Shown: one piece after another, positions 29,969-32,000 of the stretch
How the letters are laid out: each line of letters opens with the position of its first letter
Position numbering within the stretch: position 1 is the stretch's first letter
Assembly (NCBI RefSeq): GCF_900187275.1
Contig: NZ_LT906458.1
Location: forward strand, 360,001 to 392,000
Length of the DNA: 32,000 nucleotides
DNA from: Pasteurella multocida
GTDB taxonomy: Bacteria; Pseudomonadota; Gammaproteobacteria; Enterobacterales; Pasteurellaceae
Reading direction: 5' to 3'
The notes under the pieces: model-generated
What the model was told of the DNA's origin: nothing
What the model saw: only the letters and a program-made list of their open reading frames with translations
Databases searched by the model: none
Program-made: the position numbers and the translations under genes

Positions 29969-30849
29969 TATTTTTCAAATCCTTTAACAATAGTGGAAAC
30001 AGTGGTATTTAATAAATCAATATAGGTTGGTACTGGTCCTTTAGCAGTAGATAAGGAATCTACATAAAGTACACCACCGTATTTTGCTCCCGTTTCTTTG
30101 GCAACTTGTTTTGCAGGTTTATCTGAAATGGTACTTTCACTGAACACCACAGGAATATTGTTTTTGCGTACTGTTTCAATTACATGACGCACTTGTTGTG
30201 GTGTGCCTTGTTCTTCCGCATTAATTGGCCATAAATACGCTTCTTGTAAGCCATAATCTTTTGCTAAGTAGCTGAAGGCGCCTTCACTGGTCACTAACCA
30301 ACGTTGACCTTCAGGAATTTTGGCGAGTTTTTCACGTAATGGTTGGTCTAATTGTTTGATTTTATTTGCATAATTTTCTGCATTCTTGACATAGATGTCG
30401 GCATTTTTCGGATCATATTTCACCAATGCATTTTTAATATTTTCAATATAAATTAAGGCATTTGATGTTGACATCCAAGCATGTGGATTTGGTGCATCTT
30501 TGTAAGGACCTTCATAAATTGAAATTGGCGTGATTCCTTGTGTCACAACGACAGCCGGTTTATCTTTCACGTTTTCGAAGAATTTTTCAAACCAACGCTC
30601 AAGATTTAAGCCATTCCATAAGACGAGATCGGCATGTTGTGCTTTGACGATATCTTTTGGTGTCGGTTCATAATCATGAATTTCCGCACCCGGTTTGGTA
30701 ATTGACTCAACAATGGCTGCATCACCAGCAACATTTTGAGCAATATCTTGAATCACAGTAAACGTAGTGACAACTTTGAATTTTGCAAACGCAGGCGATG
30801 TAAAAATACCTAACATAATTGCACTTAAAATAACAGTTAAGCGACGCAT
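29968..30849 (-). CDS. yfeA: Periplasmic chelated iron/manganese binding protein (cluster A-I SBP, YfeA/SitA/PsaA-like)
   Basis: 293 aa with a signal peptide. [11 protein letters not shown] and NPHAWMS metal-ligand regions are typical of the ZnuA/PsaA/YfeA family. It is the first gene of yfeABCD. Confidence 0.93.
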   Translation of the reverse strand: MRRLTVILSAIMLGIFTSPAFAKFKVVTTFTVIQDIAQNVAGDAAIVESITKPGAEIHDYEPTPKDIVKAQHADLVLWNGLNLERWFEKFFENVKDKPAVVVTQGITPISIYEGPYKDAPNPHAWMSTSNALIYIENIKNALVKYDPKNADIYVKNAENYANKIKQLDQPLREKLAKIPEGQRWLVTSEGAFSYLAKDYGLQEAYLWPINAEEQGTPQQVRHVIETVRKNNIPVVFSESTISDKPAKQVAKETGAKYGGVLYVDSLSTAKGPVPTYIDLLNTTVSTIVKGFEK

Positions 30850-30893
30850 ATCATTTTCTCCTTAATGTTGTTGGTTAATAAAGTCGCCTCGCT

Positions 30894-30922
30894 ATTCTAT
30901 GCTTAAAAAATAACTTTGTAAA
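30894..30922 (-). promoter_or_regulatory. Candidate yfeA promoter: -35 TTTACA / 17 nt / -10 TAGAAT (minus strand)
   Basis: Plus-strand attcta at 30894-99 and tgtaaa at 30917-22 with a 17-nt spacer. AAGGAG SD at 30859-64 (minus strand). Confidence 0.45.
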
Positions 30923-30942
30923 TAAAAATGATTCTCAAATTT
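30918..30942. promoter_or_regulatory. Fur-box-like AT-rich operator candidate overlapping or abutting the yfeA -35
   Basis: The minus strand reads AAATTTGAGAATCATTTTTATTTAC. Two alternative alignments each give about 12/19 matches to GATAATGATAATCATTATC, with core GAGAATCATT. Confidence 0.3.
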
Positions 30943-30961
30943 AAAAATTTAACTTTTTGAT

Positions 30962-31291
30962 TTATAAACATTTTGCTGGTTTAGGTAAGCCAGCTAGTTT
31001 TGTCGCTTGTTTTGCCGGTCCCTCAGGAAATAAACGTTGTAAATAACGACTGTTGCCTTTGTCTTCCCCCAGCTTCTGAGCCATGGCTTTGACTAGCATA
31101 CGAATGGCTGGTGAGGTTTTATATTCTTGATAAAATGCACGGACAAAATAAATCACTTCCCAATGGGCATCCGTTAAGTCGATATTTTCTTGTTGGGCGA
31201 TAGCACGCGCGATATCTTCGTCCCATTGTGTTAAGTCGAGTAAATAACCATACGCATCGGTTTCAATTTGTTGTTGATTGACTTCTATCAT
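30962..31291 (-). CDS. tusE: Sulfurtransferase TusE (DsrC family)
   Basis: 109 aa. [28 protein letters not shown]...[31 protein letters not shown] is colinear with E. coli TusE, including the C-terminal Cys. Confidence 0.92.
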   Translation of the reverse strand: MIEVNQQQIETDAYGYLLDLTQWDEDIARAIAQQENIDLTDAHWEVIYFVRAFYQEYKTSPAIRMLVKAMAQKLGEDKGNSRYLQRLFPEGPAKQATKLAGLPKPAKCL

Positions 31292-31330
31292 CTTTTTCTC
31301 AATTGACCTTATTTTTACGGCGTCATTATA

Positions 31331-31354
31331 GCAAAACGCCCCAAAAATGGGGCG
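31331..31354 (-). terminator. Rho-independent terminator of yccA
   Basis: CGCCCC (31337-42)/GGGGCG (31349-54). On the minus strand it is followed by TTTTGCT. Confidence 0.7.
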
Positions 31355-31389
31355 CTTAATTTATCTATTAAATGGATTCGTATTTTAGA

Positions 31390-32000
31390 TTAATCTTCAT
31401 TGGATAAAATCGAGAAGATATTGAGTAAGCTAATAAATAAGTTATACAGTGATACGAAAATACTGACTGTTGCACGAATATAGTTGGTTTCACCGCCATG
31501 AATAATATTGCTGGTTTCGTAGAGAATACCCAAAGTAGAGAACACGACGAATAAACCACTGATGACAATGTAAAGCATTGGTGATTGGAAGAAGAAACTG
31601 GCAACTATACCGAGTAAGAGGACAATAAATAAAGCGAAAATGGTACCAGAAAGGAAAGACATGTCTTTCTTTGTCGTTAACACATAAGCTGAACAAGCAA
31701 AGAACACTGCCGCTGTGCCGGCAAGGGCTAAGACGACAATATCACCTGCACCGTGACTGACATAGACATTTAAAATTGGTCCTAATGTATAGCCTAAAAA
31801 GCCGGTAAATGCGAACGTAGAAAGAATCCCTAAACCACTGTTGGATAATTTATAAGTTAAAAATAATAAACCGTAGAAGCCTGCTAGCATCAAAATGAGA
31901 CCTGGGCGTGGTAAGTTTAGGCTCATTGAGATGTAAGCGACCACTGCTGAAAAAGCGAGGGTTAAACCTAATAAGAAATAAGTATTGCGTAACACTTTGT
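31390..32000 (-). CDS. yccA: BAX-inhibitor-1/YccA family membrane protein (FtsH modulator), 5' end beyond the window
   Basis: [17 protein letters not shown]...[25 protein letters not shown] is colinear with E. coli YccA from about residue 20. The true start therefore lies right of nt 32000, and the GTG at 31995 is not the start. Confidence 0.9.
   Translation of the reverse strand, partial: KVLRNTYFLLGLTLAFSAVVAYISMSLNLPRPGLILMLAGFYGLLFLTYKLSNSGLGILSTFAFTGFLGYTLGPILNVYVSHGAGDIVVLALAGTAAVFFACSAYVLTTKKDMSFLSGTIFALFIVLLLGIVASFFFQSPMLYIVISGLFVVFSTLGILYETSNIIHGGETNYIRATVSIFVSLYNLFISLLNIFSILSNED

Noticed and set aside
31368-31696. 78-aa and 68-aa ORFs in alternative minus-strand frames overlapping yccA
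   Set aside because: They overlap the well-conserved yccA reading frame, and their products have no recognisable features. I treat them as shadow ORFs.

Overview
This window looks like an ordinary core-chromosome segment of a Pasteurellaceae genome, most likely Pasteurella multocida. Three things support that. There are 13 perfect Hin-type uptake signal sequences (AAGTGCGGT/ACCGCACTT). There are two tandem OmpH-type porin genes, and the first product matches my memory of P. multocida OmpH. The gene order is glnE / thiBPQ-bioB / NSS transporter-nth-rnfEGDCBA / ompH_1-ompH_2 / prmB-smrB / yccS-yccF-mgsA-yccT-acyP / yfeDCBA / tusE-yccA. I call 29 CDS (2 partial), a TPP riboswitch, several hairpin plus T-run terminators, a few promoter or operator candidates, and one large in-frame tandem repeat. 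I saw no tRNA, rRNA, CRISPR array, transposase, integrase or phage genes. I did not find convincing evidence for a completely new multi-gene system. The best second-look candidates are: (1) a 144-bp x 4.3 in-frame repeat forming the C-terminal tail of RnfC; (2) a 690-bp rnfA-ompH spacer with an orphan perfect CRP palindrome and interleaved terminator/antiterminator-like hairpins, possibly an sRNA or leader; (3) an uncharacterised two-gene cassette at the left end, a TIM-barrel-like protein plus a methyltransferase with the architecture I associate with rickettsial outer-membrane-protein lysine methyltransferases; (4) bioB placed 34 bp behind the riboswitch-controlled thiBPQ operon with no terminator. 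All product calls come from reading the translated ORFs against remembered family sequences and motifs. No database search was run.
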